Source: a virus (taxonomy: Duplodnaviria > Caudoviricetes). Taken from it: 64,000 bases of DNA. Shown in pieces: positions 10,838 to 25,332 of the stretch. The translations under genes were made by a program, and so were the position numbers. The stretch spans positions 19,485-83,484 of IMG/VR virus record IMGVR_UViG_3300031853_000015. One strand, 5' to 3'. Position 1 is the stretch's first letter, and the number at the start of each line of letters is the position of its first letter. The notes under the pieces were generated by a model, which was not told where the DNA came from, ran no database searches, and saw only the letters and a list, made by a program, of their open reading frames with translations.

Positions 10838-13800
10838 ATGAGTAAATGTGTATTTAATTTTGATGCTAAAAATGAATTTACTGGGGAAATAACTCAAAGT
10901 ATACTTTGGTAGAGTTTGAGAACCCACTTCAAAGATAATTATGTCATGGCAAAAGCTTATTATAAGATTGCCACAGATGAAGAATTTTTGAATTTAGCAA
11001 AAGACCGTCTTTCATTCAATGATCAAGGGGACCCCACCCTTGAATCATTGATGGAAGCACTGGGGGAAAACATAGATAAAGAAAACTTAAGAGGCATTAT
11101 TGAAAAAGGTTTAGGTGAAGGTAAGCCTATGGATTATAGTACTGCTATATACAAAATATAGGCATACAATAAAACATATCCTGATTCTAAATTTATAGCC
11201 TCTTTTGAAGAAAATAATGATGGTACTGTTACTATTAAAGCTCTAGACAATACTGCTAAAAACAAAGCTAAATTATTAAGCAAAATTAAAGATAGGGCTT
11301 TAATAGACAGAATGATGTATTATCTTAGAAATGCAGGAGTAGATGTTAAATTCTTAGAAGATGGAACATAGTCTGTTTATAGTACTGAAAATGCTGAAAA
11401 AAATGCTTAGGGGCTTTATGAACTTATCTAGCTATCTAATACCTCAAATAGAAGTATTCGTGAAGATTTAACTGAACATTGCGGAAATTTAATTATTGAC
11501 ATATTAGGAAAAAACCATCCTTTAGTTTCAAGATTAATGACTGCCTTATAGAATAAAGACTTCTATCAAACTATTATAGAAAATGAGGTTCCTAACTTTT
11601 TACAGCATAGATTTTCCAATGAAGGAGATGCCAGGGTTTTAGCAGGATGGTTAATAGGCAAATAGCTAGAAATGGGAGCAGACAGAGCTATGAAAGCTGA
11701 TAGTTTCTTAGGAAAAATTTTTAAAGTAGTAGGAAACCTCATTAATAGAATGGTAGATCTTGTTAAATATATTTTAAAAAAGATTCCAAGTAAAGAGTAT
11801 GCTGCATCTTTGAGACAAGTTAATGATATAGCCTTATAGATTGCTCAAGGATTTGCTTCCCCTAATTTTCAAGGAATATCTGAAGAAGAGATAGAAAATA
11901 TTAATACTAGTTTTATCAAAGATACTATTAATCCCTTAAAACTTTCTACTAATGTTAGGGTTACTAAAAAAGCTTTAGATGAGATTAACAGGTTTGTATA
12001 GAGAGTGAAACTTTATGATACTAATTTTTATAAAGGCCTGCAAAAAGACTTATCTAAAGTAGAAGGATTTATTGATTTTACTAAAGTACTCTCTGCAGAT
12101 AAAACTATTATGGATGAAGAAGCTATGGTAGCTTTAGTAAATGCTGTACAAATGCTAATCTCAAACCATAATACTATTGTAGAAAGATTAAATAAAATTG
12201 ATTTTACTGCAGAAGCTGATTTTACTAAGAATATGGGTAAATATGCTAACTATATAAGAAGTGCTTTGGCCTATGCTTATACTGCAGAGAATATTGTTAA
12301 ATTAATAAAGCAATATACAGTAAATGATAAAACTCTTCCTTCTGAAGTTGTATTAAATGATTTTACACAAATCAAAGTACCAGCTAAATATGGAGGAATG
12401 ACTTATGTAGACCTAACAGAAATTAATAAAAGATTAGACACTCTAGTTAACTCTGCAGGAGGTATGTTCCGAGTTGTAAAAGCAAAGTAGAAAGCTTATG
12501 TTTTGAGATTCCTTACTGAAGCTATAGGCAGTCCTCAAATAGAAGTAGCTAGTAGAGTAATAGGATTTAAAGGTGCTGTAGAGGATGAACATATTTTGAC
12601 CATAGAACAGATTATGGATGAGTTAGGCAATGATTTAAATTGGTGGGAAAGATATTTTTCTTCTATGTCTAACAATCCTGATATTTGGGGATAGGCCTTT
12701 GATAAAATAACTAAGATAGCCAAACTTAATGCTAATAGATAGTATTTAAAAGACCGTGATGAATTAATATTAATAGAGCAGTATGCTTAGGATAAACATG
12801 TAAAGTTTGAAAAACTCTTTGATAGAGATGATAAGAATATTCCTACAGGATATTTAATAGGATATATTGATTATAATGGAGACCGTTTAGGTGTAGACTG
12901 GGCCAAATGGCAAGAAGACTTTGATGAATTTACTAAAAGGAAAAAGGACGAATTTCAAAAAATATATCAAAAGGAATTAGCCAAAGCAAGAGAAGCTAAA
13001 AGAGCAGTACTATGGAATGCTTTTTTTAAGGAAGCGTATAAAGAATGGCATAAAGAGAATTCTGTAACAATTGTAGAAAGAAATACGGAAGGAAAGGTTA
13101 TTAGATATGTTAATATGCCTAATCCAAGTAAGGAAAAATATGGTTCTGATAAATATGATAAATTATCTAAAGATGAGAAAGATGTATTAGATGAGTATCT
13201 TAAATGGAAAATCAAATAGGATAAAAAGCTTCCTAAAGGATCTACTTTAACTTTTAGAGTCCCTTAGATTTTAGGTTCTACTGTAAATCAAATACGTAAT
13301 AGAAGACTTACAAAACAGAATCTTCCAAAGGCAATACTTACTACTTTGATGTAGAATATATGTGACACTGTTGTAAAAAATGCAAATGATATAGATTTTG
13401 GTAGTGATCTTACAGTAAATGCACCAGATGTATTAAATGATAGATTGGCATATGAAGATGATAAAGTCGAAAGGATTCCTTTGTTTTATATTAATAGATT
13501 ATCTGAAGAACATAGAATAAGACTATCTACAGATCTTATAGGAAGTAGTATGGCCTATTCTGCTATGACAAACCAATATAATTATCTACAAAAGATTAAA
13601 GATTCTTTGGAACTTAGTCATGACTAGATGAAGGATAGGATTGTTAAAGTAAGAGGAAAGGTAGGGCCTGATCAGGGGCAATCTAATGCATATAAGAGAG
13701 TTACTACCTTTATGGAGAAAGAATTATATGGCTTGTAGTTTGGTTATAAAATGTCTGGTATGCAAGCAGCTCTTGCAAAATTAGTATAGTTGTCTACAGC

Positions 13801-15514
13801 ATTGGCTTCAAGGATGTTTCTTGGAGGTAATATTCCAGGTGGTGTTGCCAATACAACAATGGGATTCACTGAAGTGCTAAAAGAAGCTGCTGTTGGAGAA
13901 TATTTTGATCTAAAAGATTGGGGAAGTGCCATAGCAGAATATTTTGGAACTGATAAAGATAATAACCCCGAATATAATTTCCTTACAGATAATTTGTTTG
14001 TAGATAGCTTCAGATAGATTAAACGAAATAAAGTAAATCAATTTTCAGAATATTTTGATGCCTTTGGAGATAATAACAGACAATTCCGATATAATAACTA
14101 TTTTGGGGAAAAGTATTTTAAATTTAAAGGAAAAGAATATTCTGTAGATTTAGAAAATCTTAAAATAGCTGATATATTTTATCATAATGCTTTTGCTCCT
14201 TATAGCATAGGAGACCATTTTATGCAGTTAATACCTTTCATAGCATTAGCAAAAAGTATCAAATTGCATTATCTTGAAGATGGAAAAGTGGTTACTAAAA
14301 GTATGTATGATTGTTACTAGATTCTTCATGAAGGGGACTTAAGAGAGGAGCATATAAGTTCCAGAGGTAGATTTGGACTACCTAAACGTAATTATGTAAA
14401 AGACAAGGCAAATGTATAGCTTGTAGAAGATTTAGATAAGAAAATATCTAATATGGATGCTCTCATTGCAGCTATAGAAAATCATATTTCAAGTTTAAAT
14501 AGGTTTGGTTTTAAATCTTTTGATACTACTCCTTTTCAAAGTATAATTGATGAATATCACATAGAAGTCAATGATGATGAGTCTAGTCCTGTAAATAAGG
14601 AAAGTATATAGAAGCTTAAAAATGAACAATCCAAGTTAAGACAGTAGTTGCATGATTTAACTTGGCAGTCTGAAGATGAAAATGCTTTTAAACTTAAGGC
14701 CAGAGAAATAGGAAACAGATTACATGGTATTTATAATACATAGGATAAAGTAGAATTTTAGTAGAATATTCTAGGCAATTCTATATTAGCCATGCGTGGT
14801 TATATGTTAGGAATGGTAGAAAGACGTTGGGGCAGTAGTAAATATAGCTTAGCCTTAGGTTAGGATGTTGAAGGAAGTGAAAGAACTTTTTGGAAAACTT
14901 GGTTTGCTTTTTTGGGAGGCAATATGACTTTTAAACACATGGTTGCTCTGTAGTTATATCTCCCTTTAGTTAGACCTCAATATGCTAAAAAATTAATGAA
15001 AGACTATGGTTTCAGTGATAATCAATTTTATAACATGAGAAGACATCTTATAGACTGGCTTGTTATATTAAGCACTAGTATATTAGTTGGAGGAGTGTTT
15101 AGACTATTTGATTATTAGGGCATATTAGGAAGGCCTTCAGATAGTGATCCTGATGATTATTATCCTAAAAATAAGGATGATTATGCAGCAGCTTTGGCCT
15201 ATTATTTTATATCTAGATTATATATGGAACAGGCTGCATATAATGAACTTACAGCTGCTGCATAGGTAGAAGGTCCTAGTGTTTTCTCTTTAATAGGTTC
15301 TAATGTAGCAATGCTAGATAATGCTCTTACTATACTTAATCTTGCTATAAATGGAGATGAGTATAAACAAGGACCTTTTGCAGGCCAAAGTAAAGCTAAG
15401 ATTAAATTTCTTAAGTATATGCCTATATTTCGCTGGTGGTATACTGTAGATCAAGATCCTAGAAAATCTGCAGAAGCTTTTGAAGTTAATAGAGGAGGAA
15501 TTAGTAGAAGATAA
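10838..15514 (+). CDS. Large virion (ejected/cargo) protein, about 1558 aa; TAG=Gln
   Basis: ATG 1 nt after the RNAP stop. Track fragments 10916, 12005, 12503, 13445, 13790 and 15311 share one frame and join through TAG; ends TAA. Confidence 0.8.
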
Positions 15515-15534
15515 AACAACAGAATTTAAATACA

Positions 15535-15571
15535 AAGAGGAAGGGAAAATCTCCCTTCCTCTTATTTTTTT
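15535..15571. terminator. Bidirectional intrinsic terminator
   Basis: AAGAGGAAGGGA-aaatc-TCCCTTCCTCTT followed by a T tract, between convergent giant genes. Confidence 0.85.
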
Positions 15572-15589
15572 CATCTATTAAAGATTTCT

Positions 15590-18500
15590 TATAATCCTTT
15601 TACGTTGTACTCGCACACTTGATGCAGGTACTCCTGCTGTATGACAAGTTTTAGTATCATCTATTTCTTTAGCTTCTTCTGTAGTACTCATTCCTTCTAC
15701 TTTAACTTCAGAACCTACAACAGGATTTGCTAAATTTGAAGTTAATGTTTCTTTTTCCTATAAATGTAAATCTGAATGAATTACAATACCAGAAGGAGGT
15801 GGAGCCTCTACTTTCATATCAGCAACTCCTGAAGGATTCTATTCTCCATTTTCTATCTATAATTGTTTTATAATAGAATCAATTTTAGCTTCCTATGCTT
15901 CAGTCAAATTGTTTACATCTATAGAAACTTCAGATGTCATAGGTATATTTAAAGAAACAGCATAAGAAGATTTTAATATCTTTTCACGTAAAGTAGCATC
16001 TTCCTTACCTTCTTTTAATATTGCAATTTCTATAGGAGTAAATCCTACAGCCCTAAGCATTTTCTCTGCAGATTCAGACAGTGCTGTTTTTTCTTTTGCA
16101 CGTATTTTTGTGACTAGCATTTGTATGTCTATAGGCATTCCTAATCTAGTCTTTTCAGGATTTGTAAGTACAACAGGCTTGCCATTTAGCAGAAGTTGCT
16201 CTCCTTCTTTAGAATAAATATTATCCTCGGAAGGGGCCTCATAATCTACTTGGATAGGTATGATATGCACAGAGTCTACTTTTATACCCCATTGTTTCTC
16301 TAACAAATTTTTATAAACATTTAACTATATTCCATATTTATTAAATAAAACATCCTAGAAATTATCATCAGATCTAAAGGTTTTCATATCATATATATGA
16401 TACTTACCAAAGTTATCTACAGTTAACATATCCAAATGTCCTGTATTAGGAACTTCTATAGTTTTACCATTTTTAAGAGTAACTTTAATAGTACCATCTG
16501 TTACAACTTCTTCTGAAATTATTCTAGTCTCTCCTCTATCAAGCATCTGCTATTTAAGAACATTTAATCCTTCTACCATTTCATCAAGTACTTCTTTACT
16601 TAATACAGGATACTTAGCATAATCTACCTTTTTGAATAAGAAATTTCCTTCATCATCTGTTTCAAAGAAATCTCTTATAAAAGTATCTACTGCTGTACCT
16701 ATTATAGTTGAAGGTATATGATATGGGTTATCTTCTGAGAAATTACTATCATACAATATACCTGCTATTGTAGTTGCAGACAAATGTCCTTTAACATAGA
16801 GTTTTCCTTTCTAACCTCCCCCCTCTCGTTTCTTTTTTATTTCAGCTACACGTTTCCTGGAATACTTAAGAATTTTGTCTACAGTAAGTTTAACATTACT
16901 TGCAAGATTCTCTGCTACAGAAGGGCCTTTTTCAATAGTAGCATTTGCAGCATGACCATCATTACCTGCCAGATTGCCAGCATTGTCTCCATTGAATACT
17001 GTAGGAGCTATAGGAGCATTTGCAACAGGATTTCCTTCTAAAGTATAAGGAGCTGCAATATAAGCATATACCCCAGGAATACCTTCCTAGGAAAAAGATA
17101 AGATACCATCATCAAACAAAGCCCTTGCAATCTCTATGCCCATTTTGCTAGAGGAATCTTCCTATGTATTTAAGTTTGACCTGTACTCTGCTAAATCTTT
17201 TTCATGACTATTCCAGCCTAAACCTGCAATTTGGTTATCTCCTCTAAAAACAAATTCTGACTCTCCTCCTGAAGTTTCCACAGTATCAAATAGGAAATTT
17301 CTTATAAGAGTCATAGCAGAAGCATTATCTAAAAAAGTGACATTTGTTGGAATACTTAGTAACTCTGCTGTTTTAGTTCTCTGATAGGTTAATACTACTT
17401 GATAATGAGGTATATTCTATCCTTTAACTTCTTTTGAAACAGTTTTAACTTCTATGGAATATTCTTTGTTACCATTACTACTATAGAATATATTCTAGAT
17501 TTCTTTCTCAAAATCTTTACTTAACTGCATATCTCTAGATGCAGGAGTGGGAAGTTCTGTAGCCTTCTTAAGAGCCCAATTTAATCTTGTAACTAAATGC
17601 TTAAGCATAGCACTTCCTTCTATACCATTAGATAATAAGAAATCATCTAAATTTTGATTATTCCTTTTTATAGCATCCAGTAAAGTTAGAGTTTCAGTAC
17701 CTCTTACATCCTATATTTCTATAGTAGTATCTTTTAAAGGCTATGTAAATACTCTTAATTCTCGGTCTTCTCCATTCTCATAATCATATTTGTAAAATAC
17801 TCCTTGTTTCCCCTTAGTTTTAAACAGATTGCTTAAAACATAATCTCTAAATTTAGCATAGAGAGAGGTTTCTTTACCTGTATTTTTACCTTTAAAAATA
17901 TCTTCAAATACTTCTTCAACTTTACCTAAAGTAGAATTAAATCCTAATTTAGCTAAAGCAATATCAGCAATTGATGTAAAAGATCCTTTTTTCATTGAAG
18001 GAGGAGTAACTTTTCTTATTCTTATTAATGTAGAAGTAACAGGATTATTTTTATCATCTCTAATAAGCTAATCTGTTAATACAACTCCTTCTTTGATAGC
18101 GGCTTTTCTTAAAGGTTCTGTTCTACTTTGACCTAAAGAAGGTTTAGAATAATCTTGTCTTTCAGAAGTTGCAGGAGCTAATCCAATAGGAGTATAATGT
18201 ACATCTCTGAGGTTTCCTTTTCCATCATCCTACTGTATTACTATACCTCCTTTTTCATCTTCTACAACTGCTACTACAGGTAAATCTCTTAATTGCTCAT
18301 AATCAGGTAATGCAGAGACTTCATCTAACATGGATTTAGGAACTATAAAATAGACTGTTTTTCTGTCTTTAGGATTTCTCTTAGCAGCCTCTTCCCTAAG
18401 TATGCGATCCATAGCACTAATTCCTTCTTCTCCAAATAACTTAGCAAAGGCATCTTTTGTTTTTCCATAGGCAGGTCTGTCTTCTCTACTTTCCCATAGT

Positions 18501-21500
18501 AAAGGATTCTTAAATTCTATTGTACTACTCTGCCTACCTTCTTCATTTTTGAATATATTATCCATTACTTCTTTAGTTTCCTCCTCTGCCTTTTGATGCT
18601 CCTATTTAACTTCTTCTTTCTATTTAACCTCTTCTTCAGGAGCTATTTTACCCTCATGTTCAATAGTTTTAGGAGTTGCAGATTCTGTGGATTTACTACT
18701 TCCTTCCTCAGTGTCTATTAAGAGCTTCTTATATTTATCTACCATAGATTGTGCTACTCTATTAACACGCTCTTCGCTATTAACATACTCTTCTTCTTCT
18801 CTTCCAGGTCCTCCAGGATTTAATGCATTAAGTTTGTCCAAGTATTCCCTAGCTGTGATATTTCCATTTAAATAATCTGCAGTAGCTTGAAGGTGACCTT
18901 GTTCAATATCATTAACTTCTTTATCTCCTATATATTTTTCATAATAGTTATTAACTTCCTTAAGAGTAGTTTCTCTATCCATAAATAAATTTGGATTAAC
19001 TTGATATCTGCCTGTTGGAGTAGAAGCTTTAGGAGCAACAGATTCAGGTTGTTCAGCAACTTCAGGTTTAGGAACACTAACTTCACGCTGTCTTTCCTCT
19101 ATAATACGTTTATTGGTGGTATAATCTTCTATAGCTTTTTGTAATAGGTCTCTTACTGACATATTCTTATCAGTAGAAGTTACCATATCTATAATACCTA
19201 GAGGAGTATCTAAAGCAACATTATCATTTGTCTCTAAAACTTTTTGAATGTCTTTTATATTTTTATCAAAAAGTTCTAATATTGCTGCTCTATCTGAAAG
19301 ATCTAAAGGATTTTCCTTAGAAGCTTTTTCTTGTAAATATTCAACTACTGCATCAATAATATTCTTTTGGTTATCATCTACCTCTGTTACCTATGAAATA
19401 AACTCAGTTCTATCCTACTCATTTGCTACAGCAGTTTTATACTCAGCACTGTTGACCCATCTTTTTAGTTCATTTTTATACAATATTGCAGAAGTAGTAC
19501 GGGCATAAGCATAAAAGGCTTCTTTATCAGCTATTATTTCATTAATTGTTTTCTCATTTTCCTATAGCCTATTATATAATGTGGCTGCATCAGCAATATC
19601 TACTTTGAAATTAGAATTCTTTTTCTATTCCTACTCAATTAATTCTTTTATAATAGCCTACTGTTCATAACTAAAGTCTCTTGGATTTAAAATCATTTCA
19701 GCTCTCTACTCAGGATTAAGCTCCATTATTTGTTCTTTACTTAGAGTGGTTGGAGTTTTTTCAATACCCTCTTCTGCTTCTTGAATTTCTCTTTGTAGTC
19801 TTTGCTTTTTCTTTAATTGCTTCTAAAGATTTTCCAACTTCTTTTTAAAACGTGGTAACTACCATTTATCAACTGCTAGCATTTGTGTCTATTGTTCTGT
19901 TAACTCGTCATAAGACTTAAACTATTCAATCTATTTTTGCTTTTGTTCTATAGTAGCTTTAGTTTTATTAATCTCTTCTTGTATATTATCTATCTATTCT
20001 TTATTAGTATTACTAGTTCTATTATATTCTACAGCATCATTTGTTTCAGTATTATACCTAGTATTCCCTGTTAGTGCCTAAGTAATAGATTTTAATCTGT
20101 CTTCCCACTAATCCTATATAGTATAGGAATATGCTAATTGTACTGCAGCATCATCGTTTATATTATAATTCTAGAAAATTTTTCGTATATTTCCAAGATT
20201 TTTACGTAAGGTACTGTTCAGTTTAAGAAGTTTCTAAGCATTTGATTGAAGCTGCAGCTAAGCATAGAGTTTTTTTCCTTCATCATCCATCTAAACAACT
20301 TCTCCCTTTTCATTAGTACTAACATGTTCATCTAAAAGATGCACATTTTCAGGAGCACCTAAAAAAGCAGTAATATCTTCATCTGTTATTTGACCTTCTG
20401 CTATTCTCTTTAAATCTTCAAAATAGCTTTTAGCTATTTCTCCATAACGTCCTCCTTCTTCTTCAAGCTTAGCTAAGTTATACAGTATGGCAAAACCTAA
20501 ACCATCATTAGCGTCCTTTAAATCAATAAATTTTCCAAAATCATGGTTATCTTTTCTTCTGGCTGCCCAATAAAGTAATTGGTGAATATCATTAACTTTA
20601 ACTCCATTATCTGCTACTATTTTATTTAGCTACTATAATCTCTCATCAGTATTCTTTTGTTCCTCTCTAGTCATTGCTATACTTCCTACAAGAGAATTTC
20701 CCAAGAATTGATTTGCAATACTCCATTTAGATAGTTTTCTTCCATTTTCATCTGTAGAAAAATTATTCCACCATTTAGCCCAAGTACCTGTATTTTGAGT
20801 ATCTCCTCCTTTAGCTTGATCAAAAAAACTTGTAAATATTTTTAAGGTTCCTAAAGGATTCAGAGATGTTACTGTACCTAGAGCTCCTACAAATCCATCC
20901 ATGAAAGATTGTTTGTCAAATAAACTTTCACCTCCAGAATTAACTCCAGCCAAAAAGTTACCCATAACAGCAGTAGATTGCTAATAAGCATCGGGATTGT
21001 ACTTTACCTGCATATAATCATTGAAGTCATGCAAATGATATCCAGTAGCAAAACCTACTGAAACATCATCCATATAATTACTCCAAAAACCTCCCCAAAC
21101 ATTTTTACCTGCTTGGGTAACTGCTTCTGCACTCTATCTCCAACGTGAAGTATTTCTTTCTAATTGACCTGCCTCATTAATTTTATATTTACCAAATTTT
21201 CCTTGAAGCTTTTTTTCTATTCCTAACAATTCAGAAGATTTAGTAAAGTCAGGACGCAACTTTTCTGTACTAAAAAATTTTTTAGCTTGATTATAAGTAT
21301 CACGTACAGTTCTTAAAGGCTTTAATGGATTAGGAACTTCTAGAGGGATTCTTCCTTTATTTACTCTTCTTGCTGCATCCCTATAAATCCATGTTCTATA
21401 AGCAAGATTAATACCTGTATTTCTTAAAGATTCAATGGTAAAATTCATGTTATAAGCATCTGCTGCTCTTTTGTTAAGAGCTTCAAAATCCTCACTCTTT

Positions 21501-23749
21501 TCCTATTTCTTTTTATTTACCCATGGTGTTCTTAAAGCATCTAATTCATTTTGCTTTTCCTATATTAATCCAGCTATCTGTTCAGGGGATAAGTTACTAG
21601 TATCTATACTAGCATATTTATTTTGAATAGCATTATACTAAGCTACATATTTAGGATCTTTCTTCAATTCACTGTCTATTTGTTCTAGAATCTGTTGTAA
21701 TCCCTACTCTCTTACTTTATCATAAGCAGCCATTCCATAACCTACAGAAATAGGTATTGATCCAAAATAAGCTTTTGAATAACCATGCAGTTTATTAAAA
21801 AGGTCTGTCAGAGTTCCTTGTACTGCTAATTTATTGGTATCTGATAAACCTGTTTTTCCTAACATTTTAAAATTCTGAGCTCCTATCCATCTGCTTACTT
21901 TGTTGGTAAAAGCCATTTTATCAAATCTGCCTAAAAGCCATTGGGTAGCAGCCTAATCAGCAATATAACCAGACATTTTAAATGCTTCCAAAGCATTATC
22001 CGCAGTCCAGAAATCATGTTGTTCACCTATTTTTCTTATCCTCTAGTCAGGGGATATTCCAGATCCTTTATACTCCCCTGTTTTATCCTATTCCTCTATC
22101 CATTCCTCTCTAGTACCTCCTTGTGATAAAAAATCTTTATAAGCTTGAGAATCTGTTCCATAAACAATTCTTTCCTAATCTCTAACATTAAGAACTCCTA
22201 GTTTATCAACCCTATCCCAATACCTCATAGCTTTCCAATAATTATCTTCCTACTCTTTGCTTAAGAAACCTTTACCTAGTTTTTCCATAAGCCAGAGTGT
22301 TTTCTCTGCTCCACTTGCAAGGAATTTAAGACCTGCATCCTAAACAGCTTCTGATACCTAATCTCCATAGCCATTTTCTATCTGTTTATCAGATATTATA
22401 TCATTTATATCATCATTAAGTATCTATAAAGCTGCATCTAAACCATATTGATATGCAATAGCATTTGTTTGTGCTAATAATCTTAGTTTCTGTCCATCAG
22501 TAAGCTGTATCCTGTCTTTAAAAGTCTATACTAGAGGATTATTCTCTGTTATTTTATTCCAAGCCATTTGAAGATTATCTCTCCATTCAGGGTCTGTATT
22601 TTGCTTTTTCTCAGCTTCCTATACGAATTGCATCTGAAGATCTGCTGCATCTATTTTAATTTTTCTATTTGACTCTGCATGATACTTATCTAAAAGAACT
22701 TCTTTTCCTTTAGTATCATCATCTCCAAAAGGCATTAGATTCTAGGACCATTTGCTAAGGTTGCCTACACCTGCTCCTCCTATTAAACCTCCTATCCAAG
22801 CTCCCCAAGCAGACTTAGTTAAGACAGCTCCATATATACTGCCTATTACAGAACCTTCTTCTCCTCCACGCATTAGGGATTTTATTCCAAGGAAGCCTCC
22901 TCCTGTATCTTCACTATATGCAGGAGTAAATAGAGTGGCAGCATCTGAAAGGCCTTCAGATACATTATCAATTACTTTTTCATACCAAGTTCTATAGTCT
23001 TCATCTTCATCCTTTAAGGTTCCAAGTTTTACAGGCTTTTTATCTTCCGTATAAAGTTCACCTTCTGGGCTAATTCTACCATTAGCATACATTTCAGCTT
23101 TAGTATCAGGATGATAATTTTTTATATCTTCCCAATCTTTAGTGCCCTCAAACTTTCCTCTGAATAATTCATCAACATACCATCTATTCTACTATTCTGG
23201 AGACAAAGAATTAAAAAACTCTACTTTTCTAGCTCTTTCTTCTGATAATCTCTCATATTCCTCTAAATCAGCCTTCGTATAAGCTTCTTTTTCTTTAGCT
23301 ACTTTATCCTATACTTGCTGAGTTAGTTCTGCAGCAGATAGTTTACTTAGATTATTATATTGTATATCCCATTCCTATTGTCTTCCAATACCTTCTCTAT
23401 AAGCAGGATCTTCTTCACTTCTATCTGTACTGAAGGGATTTAACTTTTCTCTCCAAGTCCTTCTATCTACAGCTGTAGGTTCAGGCCTCTCTCCAATCAG
23501 ATAATCAGTAAGAGTTTTCCTATAATATTCTGGAGTAAAAAGATTTCTTCTCCTTATAAAATTTTCCATTCTTAATTCTGGAGTAAGATCCTAATCTAAT
23601 AAGAGATTAGCTGCATTATAGTTTCTATATACATAATCTTTATCTTCCTCAGAAAAATCATTCCATCCAGCAATTTTTTGAAGGTATTCTTTTTCTACAG
23701 CATCCCTATCTTCTGCTGATAAACCTTTTAATCCTTTTATATTAACCAT
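15590..23749 (-). CDS. Giant virion cargo protein, about 2719 aa, with a C-terminal RecB-like PD-(D/E)xK domain; TAG=Gln
   Basis: ATG 23749. Eleven track fragments (23569 down to 16306) share one frame; TAA at 15590-15592. Motifs GHLDML, IYDMKT and QLNVY. Confidence 0.8.
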
Positions 23750-23770
23750 TTTAAATTTTAAATTTATTAT

Positions 23771-25321
23771 TTATTTAGCGAAGTTTGGTAGTCCATTTGT
23801 TTCTGTGGTAGTAGAATTTCCTTCTACGGTGCCTTCATCAGTCTTTGGACTCTCATTAGACTCTGAAGGAGATTCTTCTTCATTAGCAGGTATATATGTC
23901 CCCTCTTCTCCAGTATTTCTTATGCAGACCCTAATATGATCATCAGACCAATTGTCTTGATCTACATATAATACTAAATCATCATAAGTTAACCTAGGAA
24001 TTTGTTTTTGTGCTTCCATTAATATTTCTTCCTTAGTGGACGCAGGTAAATCAGCTCGTCCCAAACTTATACCATTAAACTCATCTCCATCTGAATGCCC
24101 ATTAAAGCCATTTCCTCCTTCACTCAGCCTTCTAAATTTATTTTTAGGTCTTATAGTTTTTTCATAGCTATATCCTGTATAATCCTTCATTCTAAACTCA
24201 AAAGGTTCAAATCTATGACCTAATATTCTATAAGATTCATTACTTAATAATTCATCATTATATCCATTTTCTTGTTTTTCCCTGGTCCTTTTCCAGAACT
24301 CTTCTTGTTTATTAATAAGGTTTAGATCTTCCTTTTCACGGTTAACCTGCTGTTGTTGTAGTCTTGTATTAAGCTAAGCACCAGTTAATGGAGGACTTTG
24401 TACTGTTGGGGAAGACCAACTCTTTGTTTTTGGATTATATGTCCAAGTATGTCCTTCATAATCTTCTACATCTGCATACTGATCAGCATCATAATAATTT
24501 CCATATCCTAAAGGTCTAGAGTTTTTAGCATTATAATTACTAAGATGCTCATATTTAGGAGCCTATATTCCTCTTATAGCACCTATTATTGTATTATTCC
24601 ATATCTTATTGTTAGCTTCACTTGAATAGGTATCTTTAGCATAAGTATTATACACCTTATCTAAGGCGGAAACAAGTTGGCCTATATCTCCTGAATATTG
24701 AGTACTTGCAGTAGGATTGTGCTGCATTATTTGCTATAATGCTTGGTTTCCATCAAGTCCACTTTGCTTTAATACAAAATATTGTTTTGCAATATCTCCT
24801 GCCACCTCAGGGGCTTTCATTAAAGCATTATCAAGACCTTGTGTAACTCCTGCAGCTGCATTCTGTATTTCTTTAGCACTTACATGATCTAATGAAGGAT
24901 TAAGACCTCCAACAAAATCTTTAAAGGTGGCTGGATTACCAATAATAGCATCAGGACCTAAAGTTGCAACTTTATCCTAATATTTATTATAAGCCTCTGC
25001 AGCCCTGTTTATGGGAGCTACTTCTTCCTAATATCTTCTCCTTATGTTCATTACTGCAGCTCTGTTTCTAAGATTCATACCTCTACTGAAATCCTCTACA
25101 ACATCTGCATAATCTTGATTATACTAATTTATAACATCTTTATAAGGTTTATACTCATCTCCATCAGGAAGAGTATACTATCCTTTTTCCTAAGCTATCT
25201 TATCCAGCTAATCTTCAAGTCTATAATAGGCATCCCTATAATCACGAAGTATTTGTAACCTAGGAGTGATATCAAAGGGCTTAAAATTACTGGTGTCTAC
25301 AATTATATTATAGTTTGGCAT
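23771..25321 (-). CDS. Cargo/internal virion protein (crAss001 gp46-like), 516 aa; TAG=Gln
   Basis: MPNYNIIVDTSNFKPFDIT N-terminus; in frame with fragment 23771..24190; syntenic position. Confidence 0.7.
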
Positions 25322-25332
25322 ACGACATTAAT

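Noticed and set aside
11440-11530. Zincin HExxH in the RNAP partner protein (EDLTEHCGNL)
   Set aside because: The motif is not intact, so no protease call can be supported.
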